Virus record (IMG/VR): IMGVR_UViG_2534681835_000041
Reading direction: 5' to 3' (one strand)
Source: a virus
Lineage: Duplodnaviria; Heunggongvirae; Uroviricota; Caudoviricetes
DNA: 19,742 bases
Shown piece by piece: positions 7,576-15,530 of this stretch (position 1 is its first letter; every line of letters begins with the position of its first letter). The notes beneath the pieces were generated by a model, which saw only the letters and a program-made list of their open reading frames with translations, had not been told where the DNA came from and did not search any database. Both the position numbers and the translations under genes were made by a program.

Positions 7576-8735
7576 TTGCGCCCCCTTACCTCTGAAGGGT
7601 TCAGCGACAAATTTATGAGGCAGGCCAGCGCCGAAGCATCATTAATATAGTCATATAAGCTAACAGCCAGCGGAGATTCGGCTTTTGCCAACATAGGATA
7701 AAGCTGCTGCAGCCAGACCTGATGAATTGATGAAATGTAGGAATAGAGAACACTGGCGTTATGTGCAACGTCGCTCGGTACAGAGGGCTTTGAAAGCTGT
7801 TTCTCCATCTGGTTAAAGGCATTGATGTATGCCTCTTTGAACTGGGCAGCACGTTTGCCAGTGAAGCCCATTGCCAGGAACGCGAAGCCGTCGCGGGTGA
7901 TGTGGTAGCAAGGAAGTTTGCGAGTACCGCCGTTGGGCTGGTGTACCAAAATTGATGTCTCCGCAAAATTGCGGGCACAAAACTCTGGAGAACAATCCAA
8001 AATGCGGATCTTTTTCAGAACATCGTCATGACGTTTAGAGAAGAAGTCAGCAACAGCCAAAGAAGATGTAACAGCCTGACCATCAACGATGGCAATTTCA
8101 GGTTGAGAGAGGGTTGGGAGAGTAGTCATGGTGACAGCCCCGGTAGTCAGTTTTTCAGAAAACTCACCACATGGGACGCCAATCACAGAGGTGGTGAGAC
8201 GTACAGGGTTGGCGTTACCGGAGACTACCGAACCCGGCCCGACCGAAGTCGGCCCTGTACGCCCCACCATAATTTGGGCGTAGCAATGCTCATGACACGA
8301 AAAAACCGCATGAGCGCGGTTATGCTCAGTAATCAATTTCAGGACGCCAATCCCGGCACCCGCTTTATAAGGTGCCTGAACAGTGTAACGTCCCGGAATG
8401 GCAGAATCAATGTGCTGGTGGTCCTTCACACTCAACAAAATCACGCCTGAATTTCCACAAAGGACTAAAGCACTCATGCGGGTAGTCTTTGCGAAGATAG
8501 ATAACGCGCTGTGTTTCTGGCTCCCAACGAATAACATGAACATAAAGTCCTCTTCCGTCACGAAACCAGCGGTTAAGTTCCTGCACAACTCGCCCCCCAC
8601 AGTCAGGTAAAGTTCTCTGTGGTTACTTACAGCCAGGTGATTTGGTAATCTGCATTCATACCGTAACAACAGGTGTTCAGCGACGCTGACCACCAGCTGT
8701 TGCGACAAACGGTTATTTGCCGTTAAACTGTTCAT
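7572..8735 (-). CDS. Rha-family phage regulatory protein with an unusual ~200-aa N-terminal extension
   Basis: Residues ~205-300 ('PEIAIVDGQAVTSSLAVADFFSKRHDDVLKKIRIL...YHITRDGFAFLAMGFTGKRAAQFKEAYINAFNQME') match the Rha domain. The 387-codon frame is open from an ATG at 8735 that overlaps the CII-like stop (ATGA). Alternative internal start at 8129 would give a 185-aa Rha-only protein. Confidence 0.5.
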   Translation of the reverse strand: MNSLTANNRLSQQLVVSVAEHLLLRYECRLPNHLAVSNHRELYLTVGGELCRNLTAGFVTEEDFMFMLFVGSQKHSALSIFAKTTRMSALVLCGNSGVILLSVKDHQHIDSAIPGRYTVQAPYKAGAGIGVLKLITEHNRAHAVFSCHEHCYAQIMVGRTGPTSVGPGSVVSGNANPVRLTTSVIGVPCGEFSEKLTTGAVTMTTLPTLSQPEIAIVDGQAVTSSLAVADFFSKRHDDVLKKIRILDCSPEFCARNFAETSILVHQPNGGTRKLPCYHITRDGFAFLAMGFTGKRAAQFKEAYINAFNQMEKQLSKPSVPSDVAHNASVLYSYISSIHQVWLQQLYPMLAKAESPLAVSLYDYINDASALACLINLSLNPSEVRGRK

Positions 8736-9283
8736 GCGTTAGTTTCTCCACAGACACAAAACGCCACGACGCCCGGAGCTGCACACTCGCGGGCGTCACT
8801 CTTTTCTGGAGCGCAAAAGATTTTGTAGACCAGTGCTGCATGCTCCTGGAGCTTCGAAATTGACAGATACAACTCATCATTAATTGCTGTCTGCTCGTGT
8901 GGCTCCACTACCCCATCTTCGATTGCCGAACGAATCTGCTTTGAGTAACTCCCGATCTGTTCGATGACTTCCAGCAGGCGCTGGTTTATATCGGCGTTCT
9001 CTACTTCCTCAAGTTCAGGAAGCGATACAAACACCCCACCAGCAGACTGTGCGACAGCATCCGCAATGTAGTGAGTGCCAGCCGCGCGCTGTAAAATCAT
9101 TGCCCATCCCAGCGGGAAAATCTGATCGCCATCTGCACGAAGGCGGTTGAATAAAGCGTTCTCTGTTACATCCAGCCACTCAGCAGCTTCAGCGTAACCC
9201 CCCGGCAACGCCGCGATAGTTTTTCTGACAGCTTTCACGTACCACTCAGGCTGTTTTTCCACTTTCCAGTGATGCTTACCCAC
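8732..9283 (-). CDS. phage regulatory CII-like protein (CP76-type), tentative
   Basis: 183 aa; pattern '...ALFNRLRADGD...GGVFVSLPELEE...' resembles the CII/CP76 family as I recall it. GTG start at 9283 with AGGAG 7 nt upstream; overlaps the cro-like 3' end by 8 nt. Confidence 0.5.
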   Translation of the reverse strand: MGKHHWKVEKQPEWYVKAVRKTIAALPGGYAEAAEWLDVTENALFNRLRADGDQIFPLGWAMILQRAAGTHYIADAVAQSAGGVFVSLPELEEVENADINQRLLEVIEQIGSYSKQIRSAIEDGVVEPHEQTAINDELYLSISKLQEHAALVYKIFCAPEKSDARECAAPGVVAFCVCGETNA

Positions 9284-9536
9284 GGCTTATCTCCTGTTCC
9301 TGTGGTTTAAACCCATTCTGGTTTTGGCTAGATTGAAAACGTGCCGGATAAAGAATCTGCATTTCGCTGATTTCACCCTTAAAAAAATTGGCCAGACGTT
9401 CTGCAAGATCGATAGATGGAATTTGTTCCAGTCTTTCAATACGACTCAGCGTCGCTGTATTGACCTGAACGCCCGCAGCAACATGCTGCAAAGTAAATCC
9501 GTGCGCCTTACGCACATTCCGTAATGGTGATTGCAT
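9276..9536 (-). CDS. Cro-like HTH (XRE-family) regulator
   Basis: 86 aa with HTH 'FTLQHVAAGVQVNTATLSRIE'; ATG at 9536 with GGAGG 5 nt upstream; transcribed divergently from the CI-like gene across an operator-rich spacer. Confidence 0.65.
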   Translation of the reverse strand: MQSPLRNVRKAHGFTLQHVAAGVQVNTATLSRIERLEQIPSIDLAERLANFFKGEISEMQILYPARFQSSQNQNGFKPQEQEISRG

Positions 9537-9633
9537 ATAACCTCCACATATTGCGTGATGAGCATATTATTTCACGCAAATATTTTGCGCAAGTTGATTT
9601 GCTTAACGCGCAATAAAGAAATGTAATAAACGC
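9537..9633. promoter_or_regulatory. oR-like immunity control region with divergent promoters (pR-like toward cro, pRM-like toward cI)
   Basis: Inverted repeats TTGCGTGA(9551-9558)/TCACGCAA(9572-9579), palindrome TTGCGCAA (9585-9592), TTGC-N7-GCAA (9599-9613). Minus-strand TTGCGC(-35)-17-TAATAT(-10). Plus-strand TTGCTT-18-TAATAA ending 6 nt before the cI ATG, which has no SD. Confidence 0.5.
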
Positions 9634-10326
9634 ATGAACATAGGAAATCGAGTCAGACAACTTCGCCAGGCGAAGAACATGAAAATCGCCGATCTCGCTG
9701 AAGCAATAGGAGTGGATGCGGCGAATATCTCGCGCCTCGAAACAGGTAAGCAGAAACAATTCACTGAACAAGCCCTGAGTAATATTGCCAGGAGCTTAGG
9801 TGTTGATATTGCTGATCTCTTTACCTCAGACCTCAAAAGTAATACTGTATGTAAAAACAGTATTAGTGAGGATGTTGCGCAGGTGAAGGATGTATTCCGT
9901 ATTGAAATGCTGGATGTCAGTGCCAGTGCGGGAAATGGCCTTATCCAGGGCGGTGATGTCATTGATGTGATTCATGCCATTGAATACAGAACTGATAATG
10001 CTGTATCGATGTTTGGTGGACGACCAGCAAATCACATTAAAGTTATCAACGTTCGTGGGGACAGTATGTGTCCAACCATTGAGCCAGGAGATCTCATCTT
10101 CGTTGATATCAGTATCAATCAGTTTGATGGGGATGGTATATATGTATTTGGTTTTGATGATAAAATTTACGTCAAACGACTGCAAATGATACCTGATAAA
10201 CTGCTGGTAATTTCTGATAATCAGATTTACCGCGAATGGGGAATTACCAGCGAAAACGAACATCGGTTTATGGTCTTTGGAAAGGTCTTAATCAGTCAGT
10301 CACAAACCCTTAAGCGACACAATTAA
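9634..10326 (+). CDS. CI-like phage repressor (HTH plus S24 LexA-type autopeptidase domain)
   Basis: N-terminal HTH ('MKIADLAEAIGVDAANISRLETG'); C-terminal S24 motifs 'VRGDSMCPTIEPGD' (Ser nucleophile) and 'KIYVKRL' (Lys). Confidence 0.8.
   Translation: MNIGNRVRQLRQAKNMKIADLAEAIGVDAANISRLETGKQKQFTEQALSNIARSLGVDIADLFTSDLKSNTVCKNSISEDVAQVKDVFRIEMLDVSASAGNGLIQGGDVIDVIHAIEYRTDNAVSMFGGRPANHIKVINVRGDSMCPTIEPGDLIFVDISINQFDGDGIYVFGFDDKIYVKRLQMIPDKLLVISDNQIYREWGITSENEHRFMVFGKVLISQSQTLKRHN
9843..9862. promoter_or_regulatory. near-consensus LexA (SOS) box inside the cI coding sequence
   Basis: TACTGTATGTAAAAACAGTA, against consensus TACTGT-(AT)4-ACAGTA: both outer hexamers match exactly. A possible -35 TTTACC at 9820-9825 places the box over a -10 position (TACTGT). 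Confidence 0.5.
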
Positions 10327-10348
10327 CCCCCTACCTCAACATCAATTA

Positions 10349-10368
10349 GCCACCAGAAGGTGGCTTTT
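10349..10368 (+). terminator. rho-independent terminator downstream of cI
   Basis: Stem gccacc / ggtggc with agaa loop, followed by TTTT at 10365-10368; 23 nt after the cI stop. Confidence 0.6.
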
Positions 10369-10382
10369 CATTACCCACCAAA

Positions 10383-10435
10383 TTGCATATCTCGCAATAA
10401 AAACACTTGCACAATGCGCAACTTCATTTTATCTT
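10383..10435 (+). promoter_or_regulatory. oL-like operator pair with a candidate pL-like promoter
   Basis: Two perfect TTGC-N7-GCAA sites (10383-10397, 10407-10421), the same motif as at 9599-9613; TTGCAC(10407)-17-TATCTT(10430-10435) as a possible rightward promoter. Confidence 0.45.
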
Positions 10436-10846
10436 TCTTTCCAGACCTACAAACAAGGTACTAACAAAATTTGGTTGTAACACGGCGTATGGCACATGCG
10501 TCGTTAGCGGTCTGGGGACGTTAAAGGGGACAATCCACTCCTTGCTCGGGCAAACAAACCAGGTAGCCGGAATGTGCAAGTCAATGAGGATGCTGATAAG
10601 ACGCCTAACCAGCGTGGCGATTCGGTTTGACGCCTGGGAAGAGACCAGGGTGCAACGATGAGGGCATTTATGGAACCGCGACAAAGTGTGGTGCCGTAAC
10701 TGGCTAAGTGCTCTCAGCGTTGTGGTAATCCGCGAAATGGCGCGGCGGTAAGTATGGCGGGGTTATTCCTTCCCCGTTGAGGACACCGGGTTGTCAGGTT
10801 GACCATACGCTTAAGTGACAAGCCCACCACAACAGCCACTGCTTTG

Positions 10847-10892
10847 GCGGTACCAGTTTGTACACTTGCTTCCGGCTGGTACCGCTCTTTTT
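10847..10892 (+). terminator. strong hairpin plus T-run in the leader upstream of the first rightward gene; overlaps a boxA-like motif
   Basis: Perfect 10-bp stem gcggtaccag(10847-10856)/ctggtaccgc(10876-10885), 19-nt loop, then TCTTTTT. CGCTCTTTTTAC at 10884-10895 resembles boxA (CGCTCTTTAACAA). Confidence 0.5.
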
Positions 10893-11029
10893 ACAAAACA
10901 GAGAAGAGCATCACCGGACGACGGGCTCATAACCCAATCCACCCGGGCGGCTGCCACCGCAGGTGTTCTTCTCTGTTTTGTGGAGAAACCAACCGACCTT
11001 GCAGGGTCGATATGATGAGGAGCAGCAAA

Positions 11030-11392
11030 ATGGCTAGCGAACGCAGTACTGATGTGCAGGCATTTATCGGGGAGCTGGACGGCGGCGTATTTGAAACCAA
11101 AATCGGCGCAGTTCTCAGTGAAGTCGCTTCCGGTGTGATGAACACGAAAACCAAAGGTAAGGTCTCACTCAACCTGGAAATCGAACCATTTGATGAGAAC
11201 CGTGTGAAAATCAAACACAAACTCTCATATGTTCGCCCGACTAACCGCGGGAAAATTTCCGAAGAAGACACCACCGAAACGCCGATGTATGTCAATCGCG
11301 GTGGTCGCCTGACTATTCTGCAGGAAGACCAGGGACAATTACTGACTCTTGCCGGTGAACCTGACGGAAAACTCCGCGCAGCAGGTCATTAA
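11030..11392 (+). CDS. hypothetical phage protein (120 aa)
   Basis: ATG at 11030 with GAGGAG 7 nt upstream; the track ORF extends upstream to 10799 but that part is low-complexity with no RBS. Size and position resemble a CPS-53 YfdP-type gene, recalled from memory only. Confidence 0.5.
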   Translation: MASERSTDVQAFIGELDGGVFETKIGAVLSEVASGVMNTKTKGKVSLNLEIEPFDENRVKIKHKLSYVRPTNRGKISEEDTTETPMYVNRGGRLTILQEDQGQLLTLAGEPDGKLRAAGH

Positions 11393-11457
11393 TATCGTTC
11401 TTAATTAACTGATTATTTATCTCATCACTGAATATCTTTATATAGTGAGGACTTATT

Positions 11458-12282
11458 ATGTCTCAGAACTTAGACGCAACCGCAATTAATCAAATCCATG
11501 CCCTTATTTCTGCTCAGGGTGTTAATGAAATTATCAGTAAGATTGGTGCCGATGCTGTGGCATTGCCTGAGAATTTCCGCATTCATGATCTGGAAAAATT
11601 TAATTTAAATCGCTTCCGTTTCCGTGGTGCGCTTTCCACTGCCAGCATCGATGACTTTACCCGTTATTCTAAAGATCTTGCAGATGAAGGCACCCGCTGC
11701 TTTATTGATGCTGATAATATGCGTGCCGTCAGTGTGCTTAACCTGGGTACTATTGATGAACCAGGTCACGCAGATAACACCGCCACTCTCAAACTGAAAA
11801 AGACAGCACCGTTCTCTGCTCTGTTGTCTGTTAATGGCGAGCGTAACTCCCAGAAATCACTGACAGAATGGATTGAAGACTGGGCCGACTACCTTGTGGG
11901 CTTTGATGCTAATGGTGACACCATTCAGGCAACAAAAGCGGCTGCGGCGGTCCGTAAAATCACGATTGAAGCAAACCAGACCGCTGATTTTGAAGATAAT
12001 GACTTCAGCGGCAAACGCTCCCTGATGGAGTCTGTCGAAGCGAAGACCAAAGACATTATGCCAGTGGCATTTGAATTTAAATGCATTCCGTTTGAAGGTC
12101 TGAAAGAACGTCCGTTTAAATTACGCCTCAGCATTATCACTGGCGATCGTCCGGTACTGGTTCTGCGCATTATTCAGCTGGAGGCGGTGCAGGAAGAAAT
12201 GGCTAACGAATTTCGTGATCTGCTTGTTGAGAAATTCAAGGACAGCAAAGTAGAAACCTTTATTGGTACTTTCACCGCCTGA
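11458..12282 (+). CDS. hypothetical phage protein (274 aa; possibly YfdQ/DUF2303-like)
   Basis: ATG at 11458 with GAGG 7 nt upstream; long ORF with ordinary composition. The family assignment rests on size and context recall only. Confidence 0.6.
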   Translation: MSQNLDATAINQIHALISAQGVNEIISKIGADAVALPENFRIHDLEKFNLNRFRFRGALSTASIDDFTRYSKDLADEGTRCFIDADNMRAVSVLNLGTIDEPGHADNTATLKLKKTAPFSALLSVNGERNSQKSLTEWIEDWADYLVGFDANGDTIQATKAAAAVRKITIEANQTADFEDNDFSGKRSLMESVEAKTKDIMPVAFEFKCIPFEGLKERPFKLRLSIITGDRPVLVLRIIQLEAVQEEMANEFRDLLVEKFKDSKVETFIGTFTA

Positions 12283-12409
12283 TTTCATTACTGCAAATGC
12301 CCCTGAGGGGGCATTTATGGAAACGTAATTTACTCAATAATCGCCGGATGGTGAGGGATTCTTTTTACCAGAATTCAGCGCGGTGCAGCGCATATACGTG
12401 GAGAACAAA

Positions 12410-12853
12410 ATGTCATTTATTAAAACTTTTTCCGGGAAACCAGTCAATGAACCAATAGCTGTTGGTGAATCTGCTGATGAGTCTGTGCGAGTTCGTTCAA
12501 ACCGACCGGAATACTCTCCGGAGTTTGAGCAGGCATGGCTGGCATATCCCAAACGTGCTGGTGGCAATTCAAAATCTGCAGCCTTCAAAGCCTGGAAAGC
12601 CCGTTTGAATGAGGGGGTAAACCCCGAAACCATGCTGGAAGGTGTGAAACGCTACGCGGGCTGGGTATCTGCGATGGGTAACAGCGGCACACAATTTGTG
12701 AAACAGGCTGTCACGTTCTTTGGTCCGGATCGTCATTTCGAAGAATCCTGGGAAGTTCCTGCGGTATCTGCAGCCAGACGTGAGGACCCGTACTTCAAAG
12801 CCAGTTACGACAACGTGGACTACAGCCAGATCCCGGCAGGATTCAGGGGGTGA
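12410..12853 (+). CDS. hypothetical phage protein (147 aa) with 'FEQAWLAYPKRAGG..KSAAFKAWKA' motif
   Basis: ATG at 12410 with GGAG 6 nt upstream (the track ORF starts at a GTG at 12383). The motif resembles ones I associate with phage replication-associated proteins, unverified. Confidence 0.5.
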   Translation: MSFIKTFSGKPVNEPIAVGESADESVRVRSNRPEYSPEFEQAWLAYPKRAGGNSKSAAFKAWKARLNEGVNPETMLEGVKRYAGWVSAMGNSGTQFVKQAVTFFGPDRHFEESWEVPAVSAARREDPYFKASYDNVDYSQIPAGFRG

Positions 12854-12855
12854 TC

Positions 12856-12948
12856 ATGAGTCTGTTAAATGACGTTCAGAAATTCATTGAAGCCCATCCG
12901 GGCTGTACTTCCGGAGACATTGCGGATGCTTTTTACGTGGGGGCTTAA
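12856..12948 (+). CDS. candidate 30-aa micro-ORF between the 147-aa gene and the Dam-like gene
   Basis: ATG at 12856, 2 nt after the upstream stop, with AGGGGG upstream; its TAA overlaps the Dam ATG (TAATG). Supported only by tight operon packing. Confidence 0.3.
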   Translation: MSLLNDVQKFIEAHPGCTSGDIADAFYVGA

Positions 12949-13601
12949 TGAGTAATAAATATTGCCAGGCGCTGGTAGAACTGCGGAACAAACCAGCCCA
13001 TGAACTGAAGGAAGTGGGCGATCAGTGGCGCACGACGGACAGCATTTTCTGGGGGATTAACACCATGTTTGGCCCGTTTGTTCTGGATCTGTTCACTGAC
13101 GGTGATAACGCCAAATGTGCTGCGTATTACACGGCGGAAGACAACGCGCTGGCGCATGACTGGTCAGAACGTCTTGCGGAGCTTAAAGGTGCTGCCTTTG
13201 GTAATCCCCCATACAGCCGCGCCAGTCAGCATGAGGGGAAATACATCACTGGCATGCGTTACATCATGAAACATGCCAGTGCCATGCGTGATAAAGGCGG
13301 GCGCTATGTTTTCCTGATCAAAGCTGCCACCAGCGAAGTGTGGTGGCCGGAAGATGCAGACCATATTGCTTTTATTCGCGGGCGTATTGGTTTTGAACTG
13401 CCTGCCTGGTTTATCCCGAAAGACGAAAAGCAGGTGCCAACAGGTGCTTTCTTCGCTGGTGCTATTGCTGTTTTCGACAAGACCTGGAAGGGACCGGCAA
13501 TCAGCTACATCGGGCGCGATGAACTTGAGGCATGTGGTGAGGCATTTCTGGCGCAGGTTCGCCAGCAGGCGGAAAAACTGGTCAGGGAGATGGCGGCATG
13601 A
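12948..13601 (+). CDS. phage N6-adenine DNA methyltransferase (Dam-type)
   Basis: 'FGNPPYS' (NPPY catalytic motif) in a 217-aa protein typical of the phage Dam family; stop overlaps the next start (ATGA). Confidence 0.7.
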   Translation: MSNKYCQALVELRNKPAHELKEVGDQWRTTDSIFWGINTMFGPFVLDLFTDGDNAKCAAYYTAEDNALAHDWSERLAELKGAAFGNPPYSRASQHEGKYITGMRYIMKHASAMRDKGGRYVFLIKAATSEVWWPEDADHIAFIRGRIGFELPAWFIPKDEKQVPTGAFFAGAIAVFDKTWKGPAISYIGRDELEACGEAFLAQVRQQAEKLVREMAA

Positions 13602-13924
13602 CGACGTTAACTCAATGCCAGCAGCAGGTGCTGGATATGCTGATTTCTTACCAGAAAGAACGTGGCTTCCCGCCAACTAATCAGGAGGTGGCAACCATGC
13701 TGGGATACCGTTCAGTGAATGCAGCGGTGGAGCATCTTCGCGCACTGGAGAAAAAAGGCGTCATCACGATAAAGCGTGGCGTGGCATGGGGGATAACGCT
13801 TCATACCGCGGTGAAGGACGACGACAGCGAGGCAGCCGGGATTATCCGCGCACTGCTTGCCGGTGAGGAAAACGCCAGACTGCGTGCAGCCCACTGGTTA
13901 CATGAGAGGGGCCTGAAAGTATGA
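13598..13924 (+). CDS. LexA N-terminal DNA-binding-domain homolog lacking the S24 peptidase domain
   Basis: 'MTTLTQCQQQVLDMLISYQKERGFPPTNQEVATMLGYRSVNAAVEHLRALEKKGVITIKRGVAWGITL' aligns by eye with E. coli LexA 1-70 ('[68 protein letters not shown]'). The protein ends at 108 aa with no Ala-Gly cleavage site or Ser/Lys dyad. Confidence 0.7.
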   Translation: MTTLTQCQQQVLDMLISYQKERGFPPTNQEVATMLGYRSVNAAVEHLRALEKKGVITIKRGVAWGITLHTAVKDDDSEAAGIIRALLAGEENARLRAAHWLHERGLKV

Positions 13925-14277
13925 AGCTGATCCTGCCTTTCCCGCCCAGCGTGAACACGTACTGGCGACACCCCAACAAAGGGGCGTTTGCTGGTAAGAG
14001 TCTGATAAGCGCAGCGGGGCGCAAATTCCAGAGCGCGGCATGCGCAGCAATAGTTGAGCAGTTACGTCGTCTGCCGAAACCAACGTCGGCACCTGCTTCA
14101 GTGGAGATCGTGTTGTTTCCTCCGGATAACCGGATCCGCGATCTGGACAACTATAACAAGGCGCTGTTTGACGCCCTGACCCACGCGGGTGTGTGGGAAG
14201 ACGACAGACAGGTGAAAAGAATGCTGGTGGAGTGGGGACCGGTTATCCCGAAAGGGAAGGTCGAGATCACTATCTGA
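13921..14277 (+). CDS. rusA: RusA-family Holliday junction resolvase, 3' end replaced by the IS insertion
   Basis: 'LPFPPSVNTYWRH...RDLDNYNKALFDALTHAGVWEDDRQV' matches RusA. The stop codon TGA (14275-14277) is supplied by the first bases of the IS; the displaced 11-codon tail is found after the IS at 15588-15623. Confidence 0.75.
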   Translation: MKLILPFPPSVNTYWRHPNKGAFAGKSLISAAGRKFQSAACAAIVEQLRRLPKPTSAPASVEIVLFPPDNRIRDLDNYNKALFDALTHAGVWEDDRQVKRMLVEWGPVIPKGKVEITI

Positions 14278-14316
14278 ACCGCCCCGGGTTTCCTGGAGAG
14301 TGTTTTATCTGTGAAC

Positions 14317-15207
14317 TCAGGCTGCCAGATCATCGTTTCCGATGGAAGCATAATAAGCTTTTTCTGCTTCTGCCGGAGGAGTATGGCCCAGCCTTCCCAG
14401 CAATCGTCGATTGTTATACCAGTCCACCCACGTTAGTGTGGCCAGTTCCACTTCTGCACGGTTTTTCCAGCTCTTACGGTGTATTACCTCCGCTTTGTAA
14501 AGACCATTGATGCTCTCAGCCATCGCGTTGTCATACGAGTCGCCTGTACTCCCTGTTGATGCCAGTAATCCGGCTTCTTTTAGTCGCTCCGTATAGGCCA
14601 GTGACACATACTGAGAGCCTTTATCGCTGTGATGGATGGTGCCAGACGGACGACGGGCCCACAACGCCTGCTCCAGCGCATCCAGCACGAATGTCGTTTC
14701 CATAGACGATGAGACCCGCCACCCCACGATGTATCCGGCAAACACATCAATGATAAACGCCACATAGACGAAGCCCTGCCATGTGCTGACGTAAGTAAAA
14801 TCAGCCACCCACAGCTGGTCAGGTCGTTCTGCCACGAACTGACGGTTTACGCGGTCGCCTGCGGCAACGGCTTTCCGGCTGATGGTCGTACGGACCTTTT
14901 TACCCCGGAGAACACCGGCAAGTCCCATAACCGCCATGAGACGTGCCACTGTACATCTGGCCACCCTGATTCCTTCCCGTAACAACTGACGCCAGACTTT
15001 ACGCACACCGTACACCTGATGATTTTCATCGTATACGCGCTGTATCTCTCTCTTCAGCCAGTCGTCGTGCTGCGCACGGGCACTGCGTTTATCCGGATGA
15101 TGTCGCTGTTGCTGACAATGGTAATACGTTGACGGGGCAATATGCAGTTCGCTGCATACCGGTCCGACCCCGTACTGCTCACGCAGCTTATCCAGCAGTG
15201 GCATCAT
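14317..15207 (-). CDS. IS3-family transposase OrfB (copy 2)
   Basis: Identical 296-aa translation to 6016-6906. Confidence 0.9.
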   Translation of the reverse strand: MMPLLDKLREQYGVGPVCSELHIAPSTYYHCQQQRHHPDKRSARAQHDDWLKREIQRVYDENHQVYGVRKVWRQLLREGIRVARCTVARLMAVMGLAGVLRGKKVRTTISRKAVAAGDRVNRQFVAERPDQLWVADFTYVSTWQGFVYVAFIIDVFAGYIVGWRVSSSMETTFVLDALEQALWARRPSGTIHHSDKGSQYVSLAYTERLKEAGLLASTGSTGDSYDNAMAESINGLYKAEVIHRKSWKNRAEVELATLTWVDWYNNRRLLGRLGHTPPAEAEKAYYASIGNDDLAA

Positions 15208-15530
15208 TTTTTCCAGAGGCGGTCGAACTCCGCCTTCGCAAAATAAGCGGAAGCCTGGCGAAGGATATCGTTACTGCGGCGCAGTTCACGATTTTCACGT
15301 TCCAGCTCTTTCAGACGCTGACGTTCAGCGCTGGTGAGCCCACCATCACCGCCCCCGGTATCCCGCTCATGCTGGCGAACCCAGACACGCAGAGTCTCCG
15401 GCGTACAGCCAATCTTTGGGGCAATGGAACAAATTGCCGCCCACTGTGAGTCATATTCATCCTGACTTTCCAGAACCATACGAATCGCCCGCTGACGGAC
15501 TTCGGGGGAAAAACGAGTATTTTTAGTCAT
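15204..15530 (-). CDS. IS3-family transposase OrfA (copy 2)
   Basis: Identical 108-aa translation to 5693-6019. Confidence 0.9.
   Translation of the reverse strand: MTKNTRFSPEVRQRAIRMVLESQDEYDSQWAAICSIAPKIGCTPETLRVWVRQHERDTGGGDGGLTSAERQRLKELERENRELRRSNDILRQASAYFAKAEFDRLWKK

Noticed and set aside
8028-8610. Plus-strand ORFs 8028-8450 and 8398-8610
   Set aside because: Antisense to the long translationally coupled minus-strand ORF; Arg/Ser-rich junk-like composition and no RBS.
10407-10661. 84-aa ORF in the leader after the operators
   Set aside because: Its ATG sits inside an operator site, it has no SD and a low-complexity translation; the region is better explained as structured non-coding leader.
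10799-11029. N-terminal 77 codons of track ORF 10799-11392
   Set aside because: No RBS and an implausible Cys/Arg/His-rich sequence; a strong GAGGAG-ATG start at 11030 gives a compact 120-aa protein.
11030-11392. 120-aa protein as a lambda N-like antiterminator
   Set aside because: No arginine-rich N-terminal motif and no clear boxB hairpin adjacent to the boxA-like element.
14193-14510. ORF 14193-14510 (+) and ORFs 14580-14765, 14847-15029, 15129-15449 and their mirror images in copy 1
   Set aside because: They lie inside or antisense to the IS transposase genes and are duplicated identically in both copies; they are shadow ORFs of the IS.
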